From NCBI GenBank assembly GCA_963836075.1, contig CAWIIB010000009.1, forward strand, positions 2,528,001 to 2,592,000: DNA of 64,000 bases, in the 5' to 3' direction. Positions within the stretch are counted from its first letter, which is position 1, and every line of letters begins with the position of its first letter. The position numbers and the translations under genes were made by a program. The stretch is from an uncultured Acidobacteriota bacterium. Lineage in GTDB: Bacteria; Acidobacteriota; JAQAZP01. Shown here piece by piece: positions 31,442 through 41,696 of the stretch. The notes under the pieces were generated by a model. The model saw only the letters and a program-made list of their open reading frames with translations, searched no databases and had not been told where the DNA came from.

Positions 31442-32581
31442 TTGGAAATAACACTGCAGCAGCTGTTGAAGGCGATGCTCGACATGAGCGGCGGATCCGA
31501 CCTGCACGTCACCGCCAACTCCCCGCCGCAGATCCGGGTGGACGGCAAGCTGATCCCGTTAAAGATGCCCCAGCTCTCGGCAACCGACACCAAGAAACTG
31601 GCCTACAGTGTGCTCACCGATGCGCAGAAGCACCGTTTCGAGGAGAACCTCGAGCTGGACTTCTCTTTTGGCATCAAGGGCCTGGCCCGGTTCCGGGCCA
31701 ACATTTTCAACCAGCGGGGATCGGTGGCGGCGGCCTTCCGGATGATTCCCTGGGAGTGCCCGAGCTTCCAGGAACTGGGTCTGCCCAAGGTGATCACCAA
31801 GGTCTGCGACCGGCCCCGCGGGCTGGTGCTGGTCACCGGGCCCACCGGCAGCGGCAAGTCCACCACCCTGGCGGCGATGCTGGACAAGATCAACCGCGAA
31901 CGGAACCAGCACATCGTCACCATCGAAGACCCGGTGGAGTATCTGCACCCGCACAAAACCTGCATCGTCAACCAGCGGGAACTCCACTCGGACACCCACA
32001 GTTTCCCCAACGCCCTGCGCTCGGTGCTGCGCCAGGACCCCGACGTGGTGCTGATCGGTGAGATGCGGGACCTGGAGACGGTGGAGTCAGCGCTGCGGAT
32101 CGCCGAGACCGGCCACCTGACCTTTGCCACGCTGCACACCAATACCGCGGCCCAGACCATCAACCGGATCATCGATGTTTTCCCGGCGCACCAGCAGCCC
32201 CAGATCCGGGCCCAGCTCTCCTTCGTGCTGGAGGGCATCATGTGCCAGACCCTGCTCCCCCGCGCTGCTGCCGCCGGGCGGGTCCTGGCCATGGAAGTGC
32301 TGATCCCCACCCCGGCGATCCGCAACCTGATCCGTGAAGACAAGGTGCACCAGATCTACTCGTCGATGCAGACCGGGCAGTCGACCCACGGGATGCAGAC
32401 CTTCAACCAGGCTCTGGCCACGCTCTACTTCCGGAAACGGATAACGCTCAAGACGGCTCTGAATGTCTCCTCCAACAGGGAGGAGTTGCAGGAAATGATC
32501 AATCGTGGCACGGGGCTGATCAACCAGCCCGTGGCGGTGCCCGCGGGGGCCCGGGGGGCCGGCGGGGGAGGCGCCAGATGA
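31442..32581 (+). CDS. pilT: Type IV pilus retraction ATPase PilT
   Basis: GPTGSGKSTT, AETGHL...TLHT, AIRNLIRE and GMQT motifs. Confidence 0.96.
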   Translation: MEITLQQLLKAMLDMSGGSDLHVTANSPPQIRVDGKLIPLKMPQLSATDTKKLAYSVLTDAQKHRFEENLELDFSFGIKGLARFRANIFNQRGSVAAAFRMIPWECPSFQELGLPKVITKVCDRPRGLVLVTGPTGSGKSTTLAAMLDKINRERNQHIVTIEDPVEYLHPHKTCIVNQRELHSDTHSFPNALRSVLRQDPDVVLIGEMRDLETVESALRIAETGHLTFATLHTNTAAQTINRIIDVFPAHQQPQIRAQLSFVLEGIMCQTLLPRAAAAGRVLAMEVLIPTPAIRNLIREDKVHQIYSSMQTGQSTHGMQTFNQALATLYFRKRITLKTALNVSSNREELQEMINRGTGLINQPVAVPAGARGAGGGGAR

Positions 32582-32686
32582 TGAACATCACCGGGGGCGC
32601 CCACCTGGCGAAGAGATACCAGACGGCCGCTGAACAAAATTCCGGCCCGCATCAACGGGGCCGGCGAATAAAGAGCGAGAACAACG

Positions 32687-33889
32687 ATGGCTAACTTCAC
32701 ATGGAAGGGACGTGACCGGAGCGGCAACGTCAAGGAGGGGATCATGTCCGCCGACAACAAGACGGCCGTGATCAGCTCCCTGCGCAAGCAGCAGGTTCTG
32801 GTCACCGAAGTCAAGGAGAAGGGCAAGGAGCTGAAGCTCCCGTTGATGGGCAAGGGGGTGTCCCAGAAGGAGATCGCCATCTTCACCCGGCAGTTCTCGG
32901 TGATGATCGATGCCGGCCTGCCGCTGGTCCAGTGCCTGGAAGTGCTGGCCATGCAGCAGGAGAACCGCGCCTTCCAGCGGGCCCTGGACGCGGTGCGCCA
33001 GGACGTGGAAAGCGGGTCCTCGCTGGCCGACTCACTGCGCAAGCACGAGAAAGTGTTCAACAACCTCTACTGCAACATGGTGGCCGCCGGCGAGTCGGGC
33101 GGTATCCTGGATACCATTCTCCAGCGGCTGGCTGATTACATCGAGAAGTCGGTCAAGCTGAAGAAGCGGATCCGGTCGGCAATGATCTATCCTATTTCGG
33201 TGATCTCCATCGCCGTGGTGGTGGTGATCATCATCCTCTGGAAGGTGATTCCCACGTTTGACACGCTGTTCAAGGGCCTCGATGCCGAACTGCCGCTGCC
33301 CACCCGGATCGTGGTGGTGATGAGCAACTTTGTCGGCCGCTATATTGTCTTCATCACCATCGGGGTGATCGCCGGGATCATCGGCCTCAACCGCTACCAC
33401 AAGACATACCGCGGCCGGCGCGTGCTGGACGGACTGGCGCTGAAGATGCCGGTGATGGGGATGCTGATCCGCAAAATCTCGGTGGCCCGGTTCTGCCGCA
33501 CCCAGGGGACCCTGATCTCCAGCGGGGTGCCGATCCTCGAAGCCCTTGAAATCACCGCCCGGACGGCGGGCAACGCCGTGGTGGAGGACGCCATCATGGT
33601 CACCCGCAAGAGTATCGAAGGCGGAAAAACAATCTCTGAGCCGCTCAAGGAAACCGACGTCTTCCCGCCGATGGTGGTGCAGATGATCGCGGTGGGTGAG
33701 CAGACCGGCGCCCTGGACGCCATGCTGTCCAAGATCGCCGACTTCTACGAGGAGGAGGTGGACACCGCGGTGGACAACCTGGTTTCCCTGCTGGAGCCGA
33801 TTATGATTTTCGTCCTCGGCACGGTGATCGGGGGGATCGTGGTGGCGATGTATATGCCTCTGTTCAGCCTGATGAGCAAGATCGGTTAA
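32687..33889 (+). CDS. pilC: Type IV pilus platform protein PilC
   Basis: FTRQFSVMIDAGLPL, AGESGG, AMIYP and VGEQTGALD motifs. Confidence 0.96.
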   Translation: MANFTWKGRDRSGNVKEGIMSADNKTAVISSLRKQQVLVTEVKEKGKELKLPLMGKGVSQKEIAIFTRQFSVMIDAGLPLVQCLEVLAMQQENRAFQRALDAVRQDVESGSSLADSLRKHEKVFNNLYCNMVAAGESGGILDTILQRLADYIEKSVKLKKRIRSAMIYPISVISIAVVVVIIILWKVIPTFDTLFKGLDAELPLPTRIVVVMSNFVGRYIVFITIGVIAGIIGLNRYHKTYRGRRVLDGLALKMPVMGMLIRKISVARFCRTQGTLISSGVPILEALEITARTAGNAVVEDAIMVTRKSIEGGKTISEPLKETDVFPPMVVQMIAVGEQTGALDAMLSKIADFYEEEVDTAVDNLVSLLEPIMIFVLGTVIGGIVVAMYMPLFSLMSKIG

Positions 33890-33905
33890 GCATGCGGCCC
33901 TTTTC

Positions 33906-35675
33906 ATGGCCGCGGCATCGGTTTATCATCCCGTTATGAGGGAAGGGACACTCCAGCGGCAAATCGTCCGGTTGATCGTCTTCAGGGTCGTCATCGTCAC
34001 CACGCTGATGGGGACCCTGTTCGCGATCCAGCTCACCCCGGAAGGGGGGGCGGTCCTCTCCTTCGACTTCATCTACAACCTCTCCGGGATAACCTACGGC
34101 CTGAGCATCCTCTACCTGCTGCTGCTGCGCAAGGCCGGCAGCTCGACCCTCTTCGTCTATTTGCAGCTCCTCGGTGACACCGCCCTGATCACCGGCCTGG
34201 TGTACTACACCGGGGGCATCGTTTCCCCCTTCACCTTTCTCTACCTGCTGACCATCATCACCGCGGTGATCATGCTCTACCGCCGCGGCGGTTTCATCCT
34301 CGCCTCGGCCTGTGGAATCGCTTACGGCGTGCTGGTGGACCTGCAATTCCTCGGCCTGCTGCCGACCAGGGGAATGGGCGCCGCCCCGGCGCTTTCGCCC
34401 TACTCGCACTACTACAGTATTTTTCTCCATTTCTTTGCTTTCTACGCGGTCTCCTTCCTGGTCAGCTACCTCGCCGAGAACCTCAAGCGCACCGGCAGCA
34501 TCCTCGAGGAGCAGCGCGGCCACCTGGCCGACCTGCAGATGTTCAATGAGCTGGTGATCAACTCCATGAGCAGCGGGCTGATCACCCTCGACCTGGACGG
34601 GAGGATCAGCAAGGTCAACCAGGTGGCCCTGCGGCTCACCCGCTACAGCGAGCCGGACCTGATGGGCCGGAACATCCTCGACCTGCTGGGCCTGCCCCGG
34701 CGCTACCTCGGGCTGATAAACCGCAAGCTCCGCCGGCGCCGGCTCTACCGTTTTGACCGCCGGGTGGTACGGCGTGACGGGGTGACCATCCCGGTGGGGG
34801 TCAGTACCTCGCTGCTGCGCGACAAGGACCGGACACCACTGGGCTACATCATCATCTTCCAGGACCTCACCGAGATGCGGAAACTGGAGGAGAACCTGCG
34901 GACCCGGGACCGGCTGGCAGTGGTGGGGGAGATGGCTGCCGATGTGGCCCACGAGATCCGCAACCCGCTGGCCTCCATCTCCGGGTCGGTGCAAATGCTC
35001 GGCGCCGATACCGAAGCCGGTGAGGAGCACCGCCACCTGCTGAAAATAATCCAACGGGAATCAACCCGGCTGGACCGCAGCATCCAGGAGTTTCTCAGCT
35101 TCGCCCGTCCGGCGCCGCTGGTCCTGCAGGATGTGAACCTCTCGGAAATGGTCCGGGACACGGCCACCCTGCTGGGCAACAGCGAGGAACTGCTCGCCGG
35201 CCACCGCATCGAGGTGGACCTGCCTCCCGGCGAGGTCATGCTGCGGGCCGACGGAGACCGGTTGCGCCAGGTGGTCTGGAACCTCAGCCGCAACGGGCTC
35301 AAGGCCATGGCTGAGGGCGGGTGCCTGACCATCCGTCTCGCCCCGCCGGCGGACGATCTGGTGACCCTCGATTTCTCCGACGAAGGCCATGGCTTTCTGG
35401 AGGACTCCCGGCGGCAGGTGTTCCAGCCGTTTTCACGGAAATTCCGGCGGGGCACCGGCCTCGGGCTGGCCATTGTCTACCGGATCATCGAGGCCCACGG
35501 CGGGCGGATCAGTATCGGTAATCAATCCGAGGGCGGGGCGTGGGTGCGGATCGAACTCTCCGTCTCCGGACGTCCGCTGGGACCGCCCGGGGAGCGTCCC
35601 CCGGGGCAAGAGCTGCGGGGAGCGATCATCGCGGAGTCGGCGCCGCTGCGCCCGGCGCCGGGAGAACAGAACTGA
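33906..35675 (+). CDS. pilS: Sensor histidine kinase, PilS-like (6 TM plus PAS)
   Basis: TGGIVSPF TM region, AHEIRNPL H-box, GTGLGL G-box, position between pilC and pilR. Confidence 0.88.
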   Translation: MAAASVYHPVMREGTLQRQIVRLIVFRVVIVTTLMGTLFAIQLTPEGGAVLSFDFIYNLSGITYGLSILYLLLLRKAGSSTLFVYLQLLGDTALITGLVYYTGGIVSPFTFLYLLTIITAVIMLYRRGGFILASACGIAYGVLVDLQFLGLLPTRGMGAAPALSPYSHYYSIFLHFFAFYAVSFLVSYLAENLKRTGSILEEQRGHLADLQMFNELVINSMSSGLITLDLDGRISKVNQVALRLTRYSEPDLMGRNILDLLGLPRRYLGLINRKLRRRRLYRFDRRVVRRDGVTIPVGVSTSLLRDKDRTPLGYIIIFQDLTEMRKLEENLRTRDRLAVVGEMAADVAHEIRNPLASISGSVQMLGADTEAGEEHRHLLKIIQRESTRLDRSIQEFLSFARPAPLVLQDVNLSEMVRDTATLLGNSEELLAGHRIEVDLPPGEVMLRADGDRLRQVVWNLSRNGLKAMAEGGCLTIRLAPPADDLVTLDFSDEGHGFLEDSRRQVFQPFSRKFRRGTGLGLAIVYRIIEAHGGRISIGNQSEGGAWVRIELSVSGRPLGPPGERPPGQELRGAIIAESAPLRPAPGEQN

Positions 35676-35687
35676 GGTGAGGTGCTT

Positions 35688-37100
35688 ATGAACGACGATG
35701 CGCCGAAGATCCTGGTGGTGGACGACGAATTGAGCATGCAGGAGTTCCTCGCCATCATGCTGAAAAAGGAGGGCTGCCTGCCCGTCTGTTCAGGGTCGGG
35801 GGAGGACGCGGTGAAGAAACTCTCCTCCCAGGAGTTCGACGCGGTGATCACCGACCTCAACCTGCCCAACCTCGATGGAATCGGGGTGCTGCGCGAGGTT
35901 CGGGAGCGGCAGCCGGGGACGCCGGTGATCATGATCACCGCCTATGCCACCGCCAAGACGGCCATCGAGGCGTTGAAGGTCGGGGCTTACGACTACGTGA
36001 TGAAGCCGTTCAACGTCGACGAGCTGAAGAACATCGTCTTCAACGCCCTGGAGAAGAAGCGGCTGACCAGCGAGAACATCCACCTGCGCCGTCAGCTGCA
36101 GGACGCCGACGGCCTGGGCGGCATGATCGGGGTCAGTGAACAGATGCAGCAGCTCTTCGCCCTGATCAAGAAGATTTCCCGCGCGCAGTCCAGCGTGCTG
36201 ATCACCGGCGAATCGGGCACTGGTAAGGAACTGGCCGCCCGGGCGATCCACCAGAGCAGTCTGCGTTTCGACAAGCCGTTTGTCTCGGTCAATTGCGCCG
36301 CCATGCCCTCGGAGCTGCTGGAGAGCGAGCTGTTCGGCCACGTCAAGGGGTCGTTCACCGGGGCGGTGGCCAACAAGAAGGGTCTCTTCGAGACGGCCCA
36401 CGGCGGTACGTTGCTGCTTGACGAGATCGGTGAGATGCCGGTCAACATGCAGGCCAAACTCCTGCGGGCGCTGCAGGAGCGCTCGGTGCGGCGGATCGGG
36501 GGCCTGGACGAGATCAAGGTGGACGTCCGTTTGATCTGCACCACCAACCGCGACCTGGAGGCGCTGGTGGAGGATGGCGGGTTCCGCGAAGATCTGTTTT
36601 ACCGGATCAACGTGATCCGGCTGCACCTCGCCCCGCTCCGTGAGCGGCCGGACGACATCCCGCTGCTGGCCGAGCACTTTCTCACCCGGATCAGCGGCGA
36701 GATGGGCAAGTCGATCAATTCGGTGTCGCGGGAGGGCATGCGGCTGCTCCGGGAACACCGCTGGCCGGGAAACATCCGCGAGCTGGAGAATGTGATCGAA
36801 CGGGCGGTGGCCCTGGAGAGCAACGAGATGGTGATGCCCGAGAATCTGGCCGCCATCGCCGCGGCCCCCACCGGCCCGGCGCCGCCGGTGCCCGGCGAGA
36901 TCCCGGAGGAGGGTTTTGTCATCGAGGAGTATATGCGGGACATCGAAAAGCGTTTTATCATTCAGGCGCTGAACCAGGCCGGGGGCAACATGACCAGGGC
37001 CGCGGCCCTGCTGGGAATGAGTTTCCGGTCCTTCCGCTACTATGTGAAGAAATACGAACTGAAGGGGGGCGGGGCCGAATCCTCGGGCTCCGGGAGCTGA
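35688..37100 (+). CDS. pilR: Sigma54-dependent response regulator, PilR-like
   Basis: Receiver domain, GESGTGKE, ESELFGHVKGSFTGA and a C-terminal HTH (LGMSFRSFRY). Confidence 0.88.
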   Translation: MNDDAPKILVVDDELSMQEFLAIMLKKEGCLPVCSGSGEDAVKKLSSQEFDAVITDLNLPNLDGIGVLREVRERQPGTPVIMITAYATAKTAIEALKVGAYDYVMKPFNVDELKNIVFNALEKKRLTSENIHLRRQLQDADGLGGMIGVSEQMQQLFALIKKISRAQSSVLITGESGTGKELAARAIHQSSLRFDKPFVSVNCAAMPSELLESELFGHVKGSFTGAVANKKGLFETAHGGTLLLDEIGEMPVNMQAKLLRALQERSVRRIGGLDEIKVDVRLICTTNRDLEALVEDGGFREDLFYRINVIRLHLAPLRERPDDIPLLAEHFLTRISGEMGKSINSVSREGMRLLREHRWPGNIRELENVIERAVALESNEMVMPENLAAIAAAPTGPAPPVPGEIPEEGFVIEEYMRDIEKRFIIQALNQAGGNMTRAAALLGMSFRSFRYYVKKYELKGGGAESSGSGS

Positions 37101-37106
37101 CCGCCG

Positions 37107-39581
37107 ATGAGCGCACCTATGACAGGGGCCCGCCTGCTGGCTGCGGCGCTGCTGCTGTTGTTCATGGCGCTGCTCTTCTTTCCCGGCGTTTTTTCCGGCG
37201 GTGCACTCTACTACCGGGACCTTTTCCGGGTGCACCACCCGGCCAAGACCATCGGGCTGGAATCGGTGATCGACCACGGCCAACTGCCCTGGTGGAGCCC
37301 CGGCCACTCCCTGGGCCAGCCCTTCCTGGCCGACCCGAACTTCACCGTCTTCTACCCTTCGAATCTGCTCTACCTGGCGCTGCCCTTCAACATCGCCTTC
37401 AACCTGCATGTGGTGCTCCACGTCTTCCTCTGCGGGCTGTTCACCCTGCTCCTGGCCCGCCACCTCCGTTTCTCCTGGCCGGCGGCCCTGGTGGCCGCCG
37501 CGGCCCTGGCCTTCAGCGGCTTTACCCTCTCCCTGGGGAATTTTTACAACGCCGTGGCCTCGGCCAGTTACCTGCCGCTGGTGCTGCTGCTCTTCCTCGC
37601 CGGTTGTGCCGTTCCCCGGGCCGCTGGGCCGCGGGCCGTATCCCTGCGGCGGACCGCCGGCCTGGCCGCCGGGGCCGGTCTGGCGCTGGCCCTGCAGTTC
37701 CTCGGCGGGGAGCCGGTCTACCTTTTCCTCACCGCCGGCCTGCTGGTGCTGGGTGCCGGGACCGGGCTGGCCCTGCGCCGGCTGCTCCCCGGACCAACCG
37801 CGGCCTTCCTGGCGCTGGCAGCCCTGGTGGCGGCTCTGGTGGCGGCGGTGCAGCTGCTGCCCAGCGCCGAACTGATCCCCTGGACCGACCGGGGAAGCGG
37901 GTTCACCCTGCAGGAGGCGGCCCACCATTCGGTCCACCCCTTCCGACTCCTCGAACTTGCCTGTCCCGGCCTGTTCGGCGATCCCCACGCCCTCTCCTTC
38001 TGGGGTTTCTGGGGCCATGGCTGGTTCGACGGAAACTTCCCGTACATCCTAACCGTCTACATCGGGTCGGGGCTGCTGCTGCTGGCCCTGACCGCACCCT
38101 TTGGCGGCCGCGGACGGTTGGCCCTGCTGCTCTGGGCCGGGGCGCTGGTCTTCCTGCTCCTTGCCCTGGGACGGCACACGCCGCTCTTCCCGGCCCTGTT
38201 CGGCATCCTGCCCGGTGCCTCGGCGATCCGCTACCCGGTGAAATTTCTGTACCCGGCACTGCTCTGCCTGGCCCTGCTGGCCGGCCTGGGGGCCGAGCTG
38301 GCCTGGGGCGGAGCCGCTGCCGGGCGTCGGAATCGGGGGCTGGCTCTGTTGTGGACCACGGTTGCCATGTGGTGCGGGCTGGTGCTTCTGGCGCTCCGTC
38401 TCGGCTGGCTGCCCGGGTTCCAGGGGCTGCTCCAGGCCCGTGGTGTGCCCGTCGGTCCGCTGGAGGCCGCAGCTGCCGGGATGACCTCCTCCGCGGCCCA
38501 CGGTCTGGTTGTCGGTCTGGCGTCCGCGCTGCTGCTGGCCCTCTGCCTTTCCCTGCGCGGTGCGTGGCGCCGGGTGGCGGCCGGATCGCTCTTTCTCCTG
38601 CTGGCCCTGGACCTGCTGCTGGCCCTGGGTGGCCTCAACCCGGCTGCGCCGCCCGATTTTTACACCAGCCCCTCCCCGCTGCTGGGGCTCATCGAGGCCC
38701 GGGAGTCGGCTGAGGCCGTTGAAGACGGCGAGTTTCGCCTCTACCACGATACGGGGAAGGACCTGCCCTCGGTGCAGCTCCAGGCCCCGGAGAATGACCG
38801 GTTGTGGCACTTCCACTGGATGCGGCAGGCCCTCTTTCCCATGACCGCCCGTCTGGACTACGCCTTCGAGCCGAACTGGGACGGGCTCTACCTCGATCCG
38901 GCACACCAGGCGGCCCGGGTGGCCCGCACCCTGCCCGGGACCGACCGGGCCAGGTTCCTCGGCCTCTACAACGTGCGCTACGTGGTGCAGTTCCGCGATG
39001 CGCAGGACCCGCTGCTGGAGGAGCTGGCCCGCTGGTCCGGTGGAGCGAACCTCGAGACCCGGCTGCTGGTGAACCGGGCCTGTATGCCCCGCGCCTACTG
39101 GGTTCCCCGGGCTGTGCGGCGGGCGGGGGAGGCGGAGGTGGTGCGGGCGCTGGTCTCTGCGAAATTCGATCCGCGGAGTGAAGTGGTGCTGGAGGGAGAG
39201 GCGTCCTCCACACCGGCGGCGGACAATGACCCGCTGCTGCCCGGCTGCGGAGAGGCCCGCTGCCGGATCAGTCGACGGGGCGGGAGTGTGGTGCAGGTGC
39301 AAGTGGACTGCCCGGCCCCGGGCTTCCTGGTGCTGGCTGATGCGTGGGCTCCGGGCTGGCGGGCGGCGGTGGACGGTGCGCCGGTCCTGATCGAGAGGGC
39401 CAACCTGGCGGTCCGCGCGGTGCGGGTGCCCGGGGGGGCGCACACGGTGACCTTCCGCTACCTGCCACGGTGGCGGGTGGCCGGGCCGGTGCTCTCGCTC
39501 TGCGGAATCATACTGGCGGCCGTGCTGATCCTGGCCGCGCTGCTGCCGTGGCGGCCTCATGTATGGAGAGCCGGACCATGA
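37107..39581 (+). CDS. YfhO-family (GT-C fold) membrane glycosyltransferase
   Basis: GQLPWWSP...GQPFLADP...FYP N-terminus, many TM segments, and a C-terminal LVLADAWAPGWRAAVDG...RAVRVPGGAHTVTFRY motif. Confidence 0.8.
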   Translation: MSAPMTGARLLAAALLLLFMALLFFPGVFSGGALYYRDLFRVHHPAKTIGLESVIDHGQLPWWSPGHSLGQPFLADPNFTVFYPSNLLYLALPFNIAFNLHVVLHVFLCGLFTLLLARHLRFSWPAALVAAAALAFSGFTLSLGNFYNAVASASYLPLVLLLFLAGCAVPRAAGPRAVSLRRTAGLAAGAGLALALQFLGGEPVYLFLTAGLLVLGAGTGLALRRLLPGPTAAFLALAALVAALVAAVQLLPSAELIPWTDRGSGFTLQEAAHHSVHPFRLLELACPGLFGDPHALSFWGFWGHGWFDGNFPYILTVYIGSGLLLLALTAPFGGRGRLALLLWAGALVFLLLALGRHTPLFPALFGILPGASAIRYPVKFLYPALLCLALLAGLGAELAWGGAAAGRRNRGLALLWTTVAMWCGLVLLALRLGWLPGFQGLLQARGVPVGPLEAAAAGMTSSAAHGLVVGLASALLLALCLSLRGAWRRVAAGSLFLLLALDLLLALGGLNPAAPPDFYTSPSPLLGLIEARESAEAVEDGEFRLYHDTGKDLPSVQLQAPENDRLWHFHWMRQALFPMTARLDYAFEPNWDGLYLDPAHQAARVARTLPGTDRARFLGLYNVRYVVQFRDAQDPLLEELARWSGGANLETRLLVNRACMPRAYWVPRAVRRAGEAEVVRALVSAKFDPRSEVVLEGEASSTPAADNDPLLPGCGEARCRISRRGGSVVQVQVDCPAPGFLVLADAWAPGWRAAVDGAPVLIERANLAVRAVRVPGGAHTVTFRYLPRWRVAGPVLSLCGIILAAVLILAALLPWRPHVWRAGP

Positions 39582-40937
39582 CCCGATGGTGCCTGGCAGC
39601 GGTACCTGCTGGCCGTCCTGCTGGTCCCCGGCTGTGCCCGCGATCAGGGGCTGCGGGACGCCGATCCGCGGCCCAACGTGCTGCTGATCACCCTCGACAC
39701 CCTCCGGGCCGACTACCTCGGCTGTTACGGCAGCCCGGATGTGGACACCCCGCACATCGACGGACTGGCCCGCGAGGGGGTCCAGTTCATGCGCGCCGTG
39801 GCGCCTTCCCAGTGCACCAACCCGTCCCACGCCTCGATCATGACCGGGCTCTACCTCGCCGAGCACGGGGTGTATGACAATGCCACGCCCCTGGCCGATG
39901 AAGCGGTGACCCTTGCCGAACTGCTGCAGGCCGAGGGCTACCGCACCATCGCCGCCGTGAGCGCCAGGCATCTGAACCCGAAAAACTCGAATTTCGGACA
40001 GGGGTTCGATGCCTTTCTGCGCTGCGGGCCCACCGAGATGGCCGCTGGAAAACGGAACCGCAAACTCTTTCGGGCCATCCGCTCCGCGGCCCGCCACCCC
40101 TTCTTCGCCTGGGTGCACTACTTCGACCCCCACGGCGACTACGCCCCCCCCATGCCCTTCGACACCCGATACCCGGTAACAGACCTCTACGATCCGGTGG
40201 AGGCCCGCCCGTGGATGGACCTCTCGGAAAAACGCCTGCGGCCGGGGTCGGTTGATCCTGACCAGGTGATCCCCCTGTACAAGGGTGAGATTTCCTACCT
40301 GGACAGCGAGATCGGGCAACTGCTCGGACTGCTGGAGGAGAATGGGCTCCTGCGGCAGACGCTGGTGGTGCTGGTGGCGGACCACGGAGAGAGCATGACC
40401 GAGAAGGGTATCCACTTCTGTCATGCCGGCCTCTACAACCAGGTGCTTCACGTGCCCCTGCTGCTCCGCTGGCCCGGCCGGCTCCCCTCGGGCCAGCGGG
40501 TGTTGTGGCCGGTCAGCCCGGTGGACATCCTGCCCACACTGCTCCAGTTGCTGGACCTCCAGCTGCCGGAGCGAATGTCCGGGGTCAGTCTCCTGCCGGC
40601 CATCGAGGATCCCGGTCACCGGCCGGACCGGCCGTTGTTCAGCGAGGCGGTGGGCGGAGTCATCCGCTCGGTCCACCTCGATGGCTACAAGTTCATCAAG
40701 GCCTACCCGGGAAAGGACTGGTCGGTCACCGGGGACCACCTCTACCGACCCTTCGGGGATGACTACCGGGAGGAACAGGACCTGCTGGCCGGGGACCCGG
40801 AGCGGGCTGCCCTGATGGAGCGCTTGCTGGCCACCTGGCTTGACGCGGCCTGCGGACGGAGCCTGCCCAGCCGCCAGCGTGAGCAGCTGGACCGGGAGAC
40901 CGAGGAGGCCCTGCGCCAGCTGGGCTACCTCGAATAA
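39578..40937 (+). CDS. Sulfatase-like (alkaline phosphatase superfamily) lipoprotein; apparent +1 frameshift at about 39605
   Basis: PNVLLITLDTLRAD, TNPSHASIMTG, HYFDPH, ADHGE and LRQLGYL motifs. Deleting one C at 39605-39606 joins the ATG at 39578 (overlapping the upstream stop) and gives the signal MTRWCLAAVLLAVLLVPGC. Confidence 0.85.
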
Positions 40938-40976
40938 CCGCCACTCCGCTCGAACCCCGCTTCTGACCCTGCGATC

Positions 40977-41013
40977 TGACACATTTTGTCACCTCCATGA
41001 CGGATTCTTGTCA
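40977..41013. promoter_or_regulatory. Tandem palindromic enhancer-like sites (candidate PilR binding)
   Basis: TGACA-cattt-TGTCA and TGACG-gattct-TGTCA, about 110-145 bp upstream of a sigma54 promoter. Confidence 0.55.
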
Positions 41014-41070
41014 GGCGGCTCTGAATCGCCGGACTCCGCCGAATCGTTGTTGTCCAGGTAACATTAGATT

Positions 41071-41083
41071 TATCAACAAGTTT
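41071..41083 (+). promoter_or_regulatory. IHF-like binding site
   Basis: TATCAA-caag-TTT against the consensus WATCAANNNNTTR, in an AT-rich patch between the enhancer and the sigma54 promoter. Confidence 0.5.
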
Positions 41084-41120
41084 TACGATTTATTGGTGAT
41101 CCGTGGATTGAGGATCGGTG

Positions 41121-41136
41121 TGGTACATGGATTGCA
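41121..41136 (+). promoter_or_regulatory. Sigma54 (-24/-12) promoter of pilA
   Basis: TGGTAC-atgga-TTGCA, GG-N10-GC spacing. Confidence 0.75.
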
Positions 41137-41193
41137 GTTTACTCGGGGCGTCATGGTAAGCAAGGAAGCAACACAGTAAGGGAGGGTCAAAGG

Positions 41194-41631
41194 ATGCTGA
41201 GAAGGAAAGACAAGGGTTTCACTCTGATCGAGCTGCTCATCGTTGTGGCAATCATCGGTATTATTGCTGCCATCGCGGTTCCCAACCTGCTCAACGCCAT
41301 CCAGCGTGGCAAACAGAAGAGGACCATGGCCGACATGCGGTCCCTGGGCACCGGTATGGGAACCTACGAGATCGACTACAACCAGTATCCCACAACTCTC
41401 GCCGGCCTGGCGCCCGACTACCTCAAGAACCCCCCGGCGAACGACGGTTGGAACACGGCCTGGGTAACCACCTTCGGGACCCAGGAATACACCGTTGTCA
41501 GCCTGGGCAAGAACCAGGCGGCCGACGGCGCGGGCAGCTACGGCGGCACCACCAGTACCTTCAACGCCGACATCGTCTACTCCTCCGGAACCTTCATCCA
41601 GTACCCGGACGGCAAGCAGACCAACGGCTAG
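41194..41631 (+). CDS. pilA: Major type IV pilin (class III signal peptide, GspG-like C-terminus)
   Basis: MLRRKDKG/FTLIELLIVVAIIGIIAAIAVP, with its own sigma54 promoter, strong RBS and terminator. Confidence 0.88.
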   Translation: MLRRKDKGFTLIELLIVVAIIGIIAAIAVPNLLNAIQRGKQKRTMADMRSLGTGMGTYEIDYNQYPTTLAGLAPDYLKNPPANDGWNTAWVTTFGTQEYTVVSLGKNQAADGAGSYGGTTSTFNADIVYSSGTFIQYPDGKQTNG

Positions 41632-41656
41632 TAGCCGAGCGTAAACGGAAATGGGT

Positions 41657-41687
41657 AGGGACGGCGTAACCGCCGTCCCTTTTTTTT
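41657..41687 (+). terminator. Intrinsic terminator after pilA
   Basis: AGGGACGGCG-taac-CGCCGTCCCT followed by a T-run. Confidence 0.9.
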
Positions 41688-41696
41688 CGTTTTTTC

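Noticed and set aside
41194-41631. Possible conductive e-pilin (14 aromatic residues in 137 mature residues, about 10%)
   Set aside because: Positions 24 and 27 are Leu and Ala, and there is a 48-residue aromatic-free gap after F1.
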